Assembly (NCBI GenBank): GCA_038143065.1
Contig: JAYQLI010000035.1
Coordinates: forward strand, 1,088,001-1,152,000
Direction: 5' to 3'
DNA length: 64,000 nucleotides
Origin: Rhodospirillales bacterium
Lineage (GTDB): Bacteria > Pseudomonadota > Alphaproteobacteria > Bin95
Position 1 is the stretch's first letter; every line of letters starts with the position of its first letter. Shown here piece by piece: positions 44,176 through 53,726 of this stretch. The notes below the pieces were generated by a model. That model had not been told where the DNA came from, ran no database searches, and was given only the letters and a program-made list of their open reading frames with translations. A program made the position numbers and the translations under genes.

Positions 44176-45072
44176 CTAGGCGGCTGCTACCTGTGTGGCG
44201 GTCATAGCCTCCCCCGCATTTGTAGTTCGGCGCATATCACGAACTTCTGAAGTGTCCTCAAATGGCCTAGCCCGATGCATTGTCTGCCGATTATCCCACA
44301 TGACCAAATCACCAGCACACCATTTATGTGCATAAACGAATTGACTCTGCGTTGCATGCTCATTGAGATCACGAAGGAAAATTCGTGCCTCAGGAGTAGG
44401 CCAACCAACTATCCGACCTGCATGAGCCGAGAGATACAAGGACTTTCGGCCCGATTTTGGATGAACTCGAACAAGAGATTGCCGCACTGGCGCAAAACCC
44501 TGCTTCTCCTCCTCGGTTAAATCATCATCAAATCCAAGCGATCCCCTTGAAAATAATAAGGAATGTTCGCACACAATTTCTTCAATCTTCTCTTTAATTC
44601 GCAGATCAAGGGCATCATATGCTGCTCGCATATCTGCAAATTCGGTGTTTCCACCTTGCGATGGGCATATTCTGCCTGAAAGCAAAGAATACTTTGCAGG
44701 GGTAGCTCGGAATGACGAGTCAGAATGCCAAAGCTGATTTCCAAGATTGAATAGCCTCTGTCTATCATTCCGTCCTAGAGGCTGATGCTCTTTATTCAAA
44801 TTCGAAATATCTGCCATGTCCGCCCGAATTCGACGGTCCTTATCCTGAGTAATATTAGACTTTCGATCCGGACGCTCGATTGCACCAAAATTAAGACTAA
44901 ATTCTAGTTGCTGCTCATCAGTAATATTTTGACCGTGAAATACCAATACAGCGAGGCGATCCATACCTTGGTCGATAGCTAAAACATCCTCTTGCGCCAG
45001 GGGCTTTGAGAGATCAGCACCTATTACTTCTCCCACAAAACCTGGCATCAATTCACGAATTTGTATGCTCAT
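44176..45072 (-). CDS. TfdA-like Fe/2OG dioxygenase
   Basis: DISNL, NQLWHSDSSF, GGNTEFADMRAAYD, WDNR.TMHR, RDMRRTT. Confidence 0.88.
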   Translation of the reverse strand: MSIQIRELMPGFVGEVIGADLSKPLAQEDVLAIDQGMDRLAVLVFHGQNITDEQQLEFSLNFGAIERPDRKSNITQDKDRRIRADMADISNLNKEHQPLGRNDRQRLFNLGNQLWHSDSSFRATPAKYSLLSGRICPSQGGNTEFADMRAAYDALDLRIKEKIEEIVCEHSLLFSRGSLGFDDDLTEEEKQGFAPVRQSLVRVHPKSGRKSLYLSAHAGRIVGWPTPEARIFLRDLNEHATQSQFVYAHKWCAGDLVMWDNRQTMHRARPFEDTSEVRDMRRTTNAGEAMTATQVAAA

Positions 45073-45088
45073 TCATTATGACTCCATG

Positions 45089-46236
45089 TTAGGCAGGTGC
45101 GAAGACATCTTCATGCTTTTCACCTCGCACCTCCGCGGCTCCAGCCGGTGTTACAACACCTTGAAACGCGGGGTCATACTTCAGTGTTGGCAAGCATTGT
45201 TGAGCGAAAGTTCGAATATTCCTTTCTGCTCTCTCGTGGGCCATACCTCCAAAGGAAAATTCACCAACGAGATGGCCTAATCCAGTGAGCCGGCGAAGTT
45301 CCGCAATTTGCTCCAAACAGTCCTTGGGCGTTCCTACCACTTGAATTGACACATAAAATTCATTGGCTGATTTTCTGAACCCAGGATCTTTCATCTTGGA
45401 ATATGTCTTCGCCATTTTCCCGTAGGACTCGTAACCCTTAACTTTTGCGAGTCCACCATCAGAAAATTTGTAATGGTTTTCGATTGAATCCCATTTTGCA
45501 CCCAAGTATTGCTGAGCAAGCTCTACAGCTTCGTCTCGGCTCTCTGCACAAGCAATGTTAGATGAAACAATCGCAGGAACCGGGGTATGTCCAGCGTCAA
45601 TCTGTATTTCTCGAAACTTCAACACGTCTTGAGCTGCCTTGGACCACTCATTTTGCATGATCACCAACATTCCAAAACCCATTTTAGCAATAAGTTCGGC
45701 TGACTCCGGACTTACCGATGATGCATAGAAGCGAGTTTCAGGGTTTGAAATTGGTCGAGGTCTAATAGACATTTTTGGAATTTTAAAAAACTCACCATCA
45801 TGCTCGAAAACCTCATCACGGAGAGCTTTAACCACAATCTGTGCGGCCTCCGCAAATCGCGGACGAGCCTCATCCATTGGAACACGAAAACCCTCGTACT
45901 CGACCCTTGCCGCTCCACGGCCAAACCCAAAAGACAGCGCCCACCGCACATTATATCTAACTGAGCAATCATCTCAGCCACTCGGACAGGATCATGCCAA
46001 GGTAACACAATAACCCCTGTTCCAAGCTTCACTCTTTTTGTCCGGCCTGCAAAGTAAGCAAGAAGTTGCGTAGGCTGCGGTGACATTGAATAACCAGTAA
46101 AATGGTGTTCCAGCGCAAAGATAGAATCAAAGCCCAATGGCTCTACCAAATCTCCGATTGCGAGATGGTTGCGCATGACAGACGCATCAGTGCGTCCCTC
46201 CTGCTGCAGCATATTCAGCGACACCCCAACTTCCAT
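45089..46236 (-). CDS. LLM-class flavin-dependent monooxygenase (LuxA-like); frameshift near 45940
   Basis: ALEHHF, LPWHDPVRVAE, GFGRG, PRP, SPES, VGTP. Confidence 0.85.
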
Positions 46237-46556
46237 CCCTTGGCTCCTCAATCACTTGTCAAATTTTAACATGCAAAATTTTGCAGACATAAATGACAGA
46301 GGTCAAAGAAAAATTATATGGTTTGTCTAGTCAGCAGTGCCTTTAAGGCATTTTTCAAAGATGGGATTTATTGGTTCTTCTTAGCTTTGAAAATTAACTC
46401 TCGCCACTAATAAAAGATAAAGCATCCCATACAAGATATTTATCTTTTTTTATTTTAAAATAATGTTTTATAATTTTTTATTAATTATAATTGTAAATTA
46501 AATAATCACTTATTTGTTAAAATTTTATTACTGCGACTGGACGCCGCGATCTTTCG

Positions 46557-46590
46557 TTGACTAAGAAGGTTCCATGAATATACTGCCGCG
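46557..46590 (+). promoter_or_regulatory. Sigma70-type promoter of dksA
   Basis: TTGACT (46557-62), 16 nt, TATACT (46579-84), then the GC-rich discriminator GCCGCG. An AT-rich tract lies upstream. Confidence 0.6.
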
Positions 46591-46620
46591 ATAAAAATCC
46601 GACTAGGGGGAAACGTAAAA

Positions 46621-47037
46621 ATGGCAATAACACTGCCACCGGATTATAAACCAAATGATAAAGAAGAGTTTATGAACCCATTGCAAACAGAGTATTTTCG
46701 AAAAAAATTGGCCGATTGGAGAGAGCAACTCCTTAACGAATCGAATGGGACCATAAACACTCTTAAAACCAGTACAGTTGCAGCAGCTGATGCAACGGAT
46801 AGAGCATCGGTGGAATCTAATCGAGCTCTGGAACTCAGAACACGCGATCGCTCAAGAAAACTTATAAACAAAATTAATGAAGCGTTGAGCCGTATCGAAG
46901 ACGGATCTTACGGCTTCTGCGATATGACATCTGAACCAATTGGCGTTCGTCGGTTGGAAGCTCGCCCTATCGCCACTCTTTCGATAGAGGCGCAGGAGAT
47001 GCATGAAAGAGCTGAGCGACAGTTTCGCGACGACTAA
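46621..47037 (+). CDS. dksA: RNA polymerase-binding transcription factor DksA (single-Cys type)
   Basis: EFMN..Q..YF, DATDRA, ELRTRDR.RKL, YGFC...EPIG..RLEARP.ATL. Confidence 0.95.
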   Translation: MAITLPPDYKPNDKEEFMNPLQTEYFRKKLADWREQLLNESNGTINTLKTSTVAAADATDRASVESNRALELRTRDRSRKLINKINEALSRIEDGSYGFCDMTSEPIGVRRLEARPIATLSIEAQEMHERAERQFRDD

Positions 47038-47102
47038 TTCGACGCGCTTTTTGCGCCTTCTTTTCTGCGATTAGAGCCGAATAAGGCCAACAAAAATTGG
47101 TC

Positions 47103-47912
47103 TTATTCGCCACTCTGTAGCAATCGCCCTCCAACACGAGCTGAATTGAAGGCTCTTACAAATAAGACCATAGCCAGTGCAATCATTGCCAAATTAAGTC
47201 CAGCAGCCCACAAGAAGTGGTCCCAGGCAAAATAGCCATCCAATAAAACCGAGCGCATCCCCTCAAAAACGTGCGCCGATGGCAAAAAGAGAGCAACATA
47301 TTCCAGCCAGGTTGGTAGAATTTCCACCGGATAATAAACGGCTGAAACCGGCGCAAGAGCAAAAACAGAGACCCAGGCAAGGCTCTCCGCACCAAGTCCA
47401 AACCTCAACAACATCGCACAAACGGCAATACCAATGGCCCAGCTGAAGGCCATTAAAAGACCAAAAAACGCCACTAGTGATAGACCCATTGATGTAATAT
47501 CAAATTGATATAAAGCCCAGGCTATCAGCGTAGCAGGCGACAAACCTATAATGGTTCGAAGCAAGCTGACGGCCATTAGTGATGCGGCCAATTCTTGGGG
47601 CCGCAATGGCGACACAAACATCTGTCCAAGGTTTCTTGACCAAAGTTCCTCCAGAAAAGAAACAGATACACCAAGTTGGCCTCTAAACAGCACATCCCAT
47701 AGCAATACTCCTGCCAGCAAAAGTCCTCCTGCTTGAGCAATGAGGCTAGAATGTTGCTGAAAGTATTGAGTAATGAATCCCCAGAGCATTATCTGCATCA
47801 CAGGCCAATACGCTAACTCTATTATCCGAGGAATCGAGCCCCGATAAAGATAATAGTGGCGGAGAATAATACCTACTACACGGCCCCGCGCATCATATCG
47901 ACGCTCAATCAT
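47103..47912 (-). CDS. ABC-2 type transporter permease
   Basis: Six TM helices, EELWSRNL, YYPVEILP.WL, HVFEGMR. Confidence 0.85.
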   Translation of the reverse strand: MIERRYDARGRVVGIILRHYYLYRGSIPRIIELAYWPVMQIMLWGFITQYFQQHSSLIAQAGGLLLAGVLLWDVLFRGQLGVSVSFLEELWSRNLGQMFVSPLRPQELAASLMAVSLLRTIIGLSPATLIAWALYQFDITSMGLSLVAFFGLLMAFSWAIGIAVCAMLLRFGLGAESLAWVSVFALAPVSAVYYPVEILPTWLEYVALFLPSAHVFEGMRSVLLDGYFAWDHFLWAAGLNLAMIALAMVLFVRAFNSARVGGRLLQSGE

Positions 47913-48670
47913 TTTGAGGCTACCTCGCTTTGCTTTCTAGCTATATCAAGAAAAACCTCTTCCAGATTTTGTCTGCCGTGTCGGGTAATTAATTCTGATG
48001 GAGCGCCATGATCAACAATCATGCCCCCTCGCATCATCAATACCTCATCACAAAGTCGCTCAACTTCTGGCATGTTGTGTGAGGCTAGCAAAATCGCCGC
48101 CCCTGTATTTTTCTGATAGTCTTGTAAGTAAGTGCGGATCCAATCAGCTGTATCTGGATCTAGACTTGCCGTTGGCTCGTCAAGCAATAGAAACTCAGGC
48201 TCATTAATAAGGGATTTAGCCAGCGCTGACCTTGACTTCTGCCCAGCGGAAAGGGTTCGGGTCATTCTATGAAGGAAGCTCTCAAGGTCGAGATCCCTGG
48301 CAAGCTCTGCAATACGTTCGTTAGCATGAACAACACCAAAAAGTTGGGCGTAAACTTTTAAATTCTCTTCCACCGTAAGCCGACCAGGCATTTCCACATA
48401 AGGTGAAGAGAAGTTTATCCTAGCAAGTGCAGAAGCACTTCTTTTACTCGCGTCCTCCCCAAAAATACGGGCCTCTCCAGCTGATGGAATGACTAACCCC
48501 ATAAGAAGCGACATAGTAGTCGTTTTACCCGCACCATTCCCGCCCAGAAGACCAACAACGCTTCCTTTTTTGACAGAAAAATTGATACCATCTACCGCTA
48601 TCACATCGCCAAATCGCTTAGTGAGATCCTCTGCTTCAACAGGTACATCTGAAACCATTTTATTATCCAA
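47909..48670 (-). CDS. ABC transporter ATP-binding protein (DrrA/NodI-like)
   Basis: Walker A GGNGAGKT, signature LSAGQ, Walker B LLLDEP, ASH. Confidence 0.9.
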   Translation of the reverse strand: MDNKMVSDVPVEAEDLTKRFGDVIAVDGINFSVKKGSVVGLLGGNGAGKTTTMSLLMGLVIPSAGEARIFGEDASKRSASALARINFSSPYVEMPGRLTVEENLKVYAQLFGVVHANERIAELARDLDLESFLHRMTRTLSAGQKSRSALAKSLINEPEFLLLDEPTASLDPDTADWIRTYLQDYQKNTGAAILLASHNMPEVERLCDEVLMMRGGMIVDHGAPSELITRHGRQNLEEVFLDIARKQSEVASK

Positions 48671-48755
48671 GAAAACAAGGGATTGAGTAAAGCTTATGAC
48701 TTTTTACATTACAAAATTAGTGCATTGCGACAACAGACGACAAGTCTTTGAAGCA

Positions 48756-48770
48756 TTAATAGTAAGTTAA
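48756..48770. promoter_or_regulatory. Putative CtrA box
   Basis: TTAA-TAGTAAG-TTAA matches TTAA-N7-TTAA in the divergent intergenic region. The AT-rich background lowers its significance. Confidence 0.45.
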
Positions 48771-49041
48771 TTGGTTGTGAAAGTTTCTACGAGCCATCCT
48801 TGCCAAAAAAATTTTAAATAAACAAGACAATAAAAAATATATAATGTGAAACTTTAAAAACTTTATTTTTACATCGAGTAAGTATAGATAATTTTATTTT
48901 GCGCCTAATAATGTCTTCTCTAAATAATAGGTCTAATTTTCATGCGCCCAGTAAATGCACCTTAATGTTTTTGCTTGGATTTGATAAACTCATTTTGTAT
49001 TACCTATCATAACTTTTTGAGAAGAGAGTAAAGCAAAGTCT

Positions 49042-49770
49042 ATGGCTATGGGTTTACGAGCAGGTCGACGAAAGCAACGGCGCAAACAACAATTGTTTAT
49101 TTTAAAGTTTTCTGCACTTCTTATCGGGCTGGTAATGTTGGGATTTTTTGCCTACGAAACTGGAACTGCATTTGCTCAACGAGAGGTAAAAAGCCTTCGA
49201 AAAGAAGTAGCCGCGCTCAAAATACAATTGAACGGTGTAGACTCTGAAAACCAAAACCTGGCCGCTCAACTTAGAGGAGCAAAAGATCAAGTTGCGGATT
49301 GGAATGCACGATATGAAAAAGACGTGCCTAGTGGGGAAGCCAAAAACCTTTTCAATAACTTGACCCGCAGACTAGATGAAGGGGTACCGGCAAAGAGGTT
49401 AAACTTCATTATTCAAGAAGCTGACGCGTTTGGAAAATGTTCTAATCAACCGGCTGAAAGACGCTTTATTTTACCGACAGATGAAAAGCGAAACGATAAC
49501 AACTGGGTTAGCTTTGCTAATACCTCAATAGTCATTACTGGACAGGGCTTTCCAGCTACAGACGTCGATGGACGTGCTCGACCATGGTTTGATCCAAAGC
49601 GCGAAATCAGCATGAAGTTCACCCGTTTGGGTGGAAAGACGGATGAAATTAAAGGCTTACTGCCTCTAAGCAAAAGTGTTTTGTTAGGGGAAACAGAATG
49701 GCGCTTTAATGTTGTCTCTGGCCCGCGAGGCTTTGTGATAGTTTCTGGTGATGCGTGTAAATATCCATAA
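49042..49770 (+). CDS. Hypothetical bitopic membrane protein with periplasmic coiled coil
   Basis: Arg-rich N-terminus, one TM, about 50 aa of heptad repeats, and a beta-rich C-terminal domain with two Cys. Confidence 0.7.
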   Translation: MAMGLRAGRRKQRRKQQLFILKFSALLIGLVMLGFFAYETGTAFAQREVKSLRKEVAALKIQLNGVDSENQNLAAQLRGAKDQVADWNARYEKDVPSGEAKNLFNNLTRRLDEGVPAKRLNFIIQEADAFGKCSNQPAERRFILPTDEKRNDNNWVSFANTSIVITGQGFPATDVDGRARPWFDPKREISMKFTRLGGKTDEIKGLLPLSKSVLLGETEWRFNVVSGPRGFVIVSGDACKYP

Positions 49771-49825
49771 AACCTTTAATCACTTAACATAATTAAAATC
49801 CCAGCAGTCTTTCAGGGAGAGTTAA

Positions 49826-50494
49826 ATGGAACTCAATGACGTAATGCAAACCACGTTCGCAGCTCGTGAGTTTACGGATGATCCACTATCAGACGACGTT
49901 TTGTTTGAAATTCTTGATATTGCTCGTTTTGCTCCATCAGGTGGAAATCGCCAAGGGAACAGAGTGATTATTATTCGCGATCAAGATACTAAGATAGCTC
50001 TTTCTGATCTAGCTCGCCCAGCTGCAAAACGGTATACGGCCCAAATAAAGGCTGGCGAAAGTCCATGGCAATCAGTCTATCCAACTAAAGTAACAGAGGC
50101 TGAAATTGAGGCCACAGAGCCGTCTCATCACTTAACTCAGTCTTTTATTCGCGCTCAGGTTGTATTGGTTTTTGTTGTTGATTTAGGCAAAGTTGCTTCG
50201 ATGGATCAATTTTTGGACCGCGTTGGTGTGATCAGTGGCGCGTCTATTTATCCCTTTGTCTGGAACACGTTGATGGCCGCCCGCCAGGCAGGTTTTGGAG
50301 GCACAATCACTACACTCGCAGCTGCTCAAGAACCGAAAGTTCAAAAGCTACTGAATATTCCGGAAGAATTTGCCGTAGCGGCTGTAGTTCCAATGGGGAA
50401 ACCCATAAAGCAACTGTCGAAGTTAAGGCGCAACGCAGTAGACGAAATTACGACTTTAGAGACTTTCGACGGAGCAAAATTCAGAACAATTTAA
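49826..50494 (+). CDS. Nitroreductase family protein
   Basis: AREFTDDP, ARFAPSGGNRQ, LMAARQAG.G, VPMGKP. Confidence 0.87.
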   Translation: MELNDVMQTTFAAREFTDDPLSDDVLFEILDIARFAPSGGNRQGNRVIIIRDQDTKIALSDLARPAAKRYTAQIKAGESPWQSVYPTKVTEAEIEATEPSHHLTQSFIRAQVVLVFVVDLGKVASMDQFLDRVGVISGASIYPFVWNTLMAARQAGFGGTITTLAAAQEPKVQKLLNIPEEFAVAAVVPMGKPIKQLSKLRRNAVDEITTLETFDGAKFRTI

Positions 50495-51300
50495 CTTCCA
50501 ATCTTGAGTGTTTCCGTCAGCCCTTTGAGGCAAGTAATAACACTCAACGCTGTATTTTTTCCGGTTCTCGGGTTCTCATCCGAGGGAACATTAGCAATTT
50601 CCAGCAAAAAGCGGCAGCTATCTGCTTCGACTAAAATCCTGTGCATGTTGCGGTCCACCTCAGGGTCGGCCCAGATTTCAAGCGTTGTCCTGTCAGGTCC
50701 AATGCCTGCCAGAGCCAACGCAGCAGCAACGTTTACATTCGCTGGAAAGCCAACAGCACCCTCTCGTGCAGAACCCTTAAATACAAGTTTTGCTTCTTTC
50801 AGACCATCAACTGAAATGTTGTTCTCCACTAGATGAGGAGCACCCTTCAACCCATTTGGAGGCTTTCGAGTAATCATATTCACAGAGTAGATTTCACCCT
50901 CGGCTGCGGCACGAACTGCATCAAGTCCAAGAAGCGCACCTGTAGGGGCTATTATTCTCGCACCGGTTTTTTTTGCTCTCAGGATAAGTTCTGGTCGAGG
51001 CAATAATTGACCAACGCTTGTTGGCACAAAAATACGGCCACGGTTGATGGCCGGATCAGCTATATCATCAAACACATCAGACGGCAGACCTTCCACAACT
51101 ATATCGCAATCTGAAAGTTCGGCGAGGCCAACTATCGGAACGGGGCGTCCAAAACTCGCCATTTTTTCTTTTGCTTTCTCGTGATCACGCACCGAAATGT
51201 ACTTTAATTCCAAACCTTCAATGCCATCATCGAGAGCTTCAGCAACTTTTTGTCCGACAGCACCAAATCCTCCAATACCAACAGTAAGTTTCTTATCCAT
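50491..51300 (-). CDS. nadX: L-aspartate dehydrogenase family protein
   Basis: GFGAVG, TGALLGLD, TRKPP, GSARE...FPANVNVAA, N.H.I, NPRT. Confidence 0.82.
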   Translation of the reverse strand: MDKKLTVGIGGFGAVGQKVAEALDDGIEGLELKYISVRDHEKAKEKMASFGRPVPIVGLAELSDCDIVVEGLPSDVFDDIADPAINRGRIFVPTSVGQLLPRPELILRAKKTGARIIAPTGALLGLDAVRAAAEGEIYSVNMITRKPPNGLKGAPHLVENNISVDGLKEAKLVFKGSAREGAVGFPANVNVAAALALAGIGPDRTTLEIWADPEVDRNMHRILVEADSCRFLLEIANVPSDENPRTGKNTALSVITCLKGLTETLKIGS

Positions 51301-51302
51301 GT

Positions 51303-52302
51303 TTAGTCTCCAGGTCGGACTACGATTGTGCCAAACTTTTCACCAGCTTCAACTGCTTCATGAGAAGCAGCAATTTCTTCCAAAACAAACTTTCCGCCGA
51401 CAGGCCGCATAAGATTAGGCTGCTCTTCCAACCAGGCATTCACACCCCAGCGCGCTCGATCCAAAACATGGCTGGGTAAGGAATTTAAAATAAAGGGTAT
51501 GAAACGGATGTTTCGGCTTGCAAATTCTTGGAAAGCAATCTGGGGATGTTTTTGCGTATCAGAGGCATAGGAAGAGATAGAGCCATTCATAGCAACCACT
51601 TGGGTTGCCCAGCGAAGATCTCCTCCAAAATCTACTGAAACAAGGCGTTCAACCCCTCTGCCATCAGTAAGTTCATTGACACGGGATGCAACATCTTCGG
51701 ACTTATAGTTGATTGTTGCATATGCTCCTCCAGCCATTGCTCTTGCAGCTTTCTCTGGCGAACTGACAGTGGCTATCACTTGAGCCCCTCCCCACGCCGC
51801 AAGCGCGACTGAATACCAGCCAACTGCACCCGCACCTCCCGAAACTAACACTGTCTTTCCTTTGACAGCACCGTCGGAAAATACGCCATGGAATGCGGTC
51901 ATTGCTGGTATTCCAAGAGTTGCACCTTCATCAAAGCTTATATGCCTGGGGAGATCCGTAACAAATTTCGATGGCAAGGATATAAGCTCGGCTGCCGTAC
52001 CATATGCCCTACCCAACCTTTGACCATTGAAAAGCCAAACCCTTCGACCCAGCCATGACGGCTGAGCGTTTTCACCGATACCAACAACAACTCCAGCCCC
52101 ATCACTATTTGGGATCACGCGGGAATGCTCCAGTCTGAGAGTAAGAACCAAGTCCCGCGCGGCGTTTTACATCTGCAGGATTAACGCCAGAGGCTAAAAG
52201 GCGGATTAGAAGCTCGCCAGAACTAGGAACAGGATCAGGTATTTCGCCCAGCTCTAAGACTTCTGATGCCGGGCCAAGACGTTGGTACCAAGCTGCTCTC
52301 AT
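51303..52302 (-). CDS. NADPH:quinone reductase (zeta-crystallin-like MDR); frameshift near 52135
   Basis: SGVNPAD.K.R, IPNSDGAG, GTAAE, LGIPAMTA, GGAGAVG, AASHEAVE. Confidence 0.87.
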
Positions 52303-52359
52303 ATCACCTCCTGACTTTTTTTGATTATAGTGGGTTAAAAATTGAAGTGGAGCAGAGAT

Positions 52360-52764
52360 ATGCGCGTACATGGTTCATGCCACTGTGGAGCGATACAATA
52401 CGAAGCTAAAATTGACACTGAGGCCGCTATGATATGCCACTGCACTGATTGCCAAACTCTTTCCGCCACTGCATTCCGCGTTAATGCTCCAGCAAGTGCA
52501 GAAGATTTTAAGTTAACCAAAGGTGTCCCAAAAGAATATGTAAAAATTGGAGAAAGTGGCAGACCACGCGCTCAAGGTTTTTGCTCAAACTGTGGGACGC
52601 AAATATATGCAACATCAGCGGAAGGAGATCGCAGCACTTTCATGTTGAGAGTTGGCGCCATGAAAGAACGATCTCGAGTCATTCCAAAGATCCAGTCCTG
52701 GAATCAGTCAGCCCTTAAATGGATAAGGAACCTACAAACAATACCCACTCAAGAAAAAGGCTAA
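52360..52764 (+). CDS. GFA (glutathione-dependent formaldehyde-activating / CENP-V) family protein
   Basis: GSCHCG, CHCTDCQ, FCSNCG. Confidence 0.9.
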   Translation: MRVHGSCHCGAIQYEAKIDTEAAMICHCTDCQTLSATAFRVNAPASAEDFKLTKGVPKEYVKIGESGRPRAQGFCSNCGTQIYATSAEGDRSTFMLRVGAMKERSRVIPKIQSWNQSALKWIRNLQTIPTQEKG

Positions 52765-52997
52765 ACATTCGGATTATCATCACGCTTAGAAATGCCAGAA
52801 TTGGAGATTAATGTTGACTTAAAAATCGATCACAAACCAATTCTGGTGTTTCAACTTCGCCCATCTCGCAGCAGACAATTTAAGATCCAGGCAGAAAAAT
52901 ACTGACGCGCTACAATAAGGTCCCTTAAGTTAAACAAAGCCTAAGTCTATTATGTGGCTGTGTGCGACCAGCGCTGTTTTAGAAAAGGAAAAAGTCA

Positions 52998-53696
52998 GTG
53001 TCAGGTGAAATGATCAATATCAAAATCGAAGGTGGGCAGCTGGAGGCTTATCTAGCAAAGCCAAAAGAACCTGGTCCATGGCCGGGTATCATACTTTTAG
53101 GCGAGGTGTACAATGTCAATCACTGGGTCCGGAAGGTGGCCGATGGATATGCCGAACAAGGATTTATAGTTCTCGCACCGGACTTATATTGGCGCCAAGA
53201 GGCAGGTAGATATTTAGACTATACTCCAGAAGATCAAAAAATTGCTCGTGCTCTTGGGTTCTCCATGGACCTTGAAGCATTCACCGATGACATGATGGGC
53301 TACATAAAGATATTAGCTGAGGATCCAGAGTGCACAGGTAAAGTAGGAACAGTTGGATTTTGCCTTGGGGGTAAACTTGTTTACCTCGCCATGGCTCGAG
53401 GCCTAGCTGATGCAGGAGTTGCTTACTATCCAGTCCAGGTTGAGCAATTTTTGGAAGAGGCAGATGGGTTGACTGGACCTCTAATGATACATTTTGCTGA
53501 GCTTGATGAGCATGTGCCGCCAGAGTCTTATAAACCCGTAAAAGCAGCGCTTGGACCATTATCTAATGTTGATATTTTCATGTATGAGAATTCCGACCAT
53601 GGGTTCAATAGGTTTGGCTACCCTCCCTATCATCAGCCATCTGCAGACCTGGCTCTAGAAAGAACACTTTCATTCCTCAATACTGAGCTAGCCTAA
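52998..53696 (+). CDS. Dienelactone hydrolase family protein
   Basis: E(VY), APDLYWR, nucleophile GFCLGG, D..V, HGF. Confidence 0.9.
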   Translation: MSGEMINIKIEGGQLEAYLAKPKEPGPWPGIILLGEVYNVNHWVRKVADGYAEQGFIVLAPDLYWRQEAGRYLDYTPEDQKIARALGFSMDLEAFTDDMMGYIKILAEDPECTGKVGTVGFCLGGKLVYLAMARGLADAGVAYYPVQVEQFLEEADGLTGPLMIHFAELDEHVPPESYKPVKAALGPLSNVDIFMYENSDHGFNRFGYPPYHQPSADLALERTLSFLNTELA

Positions 53697-53726
53697 ACTA
53701 GCTTCATCTAAATTGGATTTACAAAA

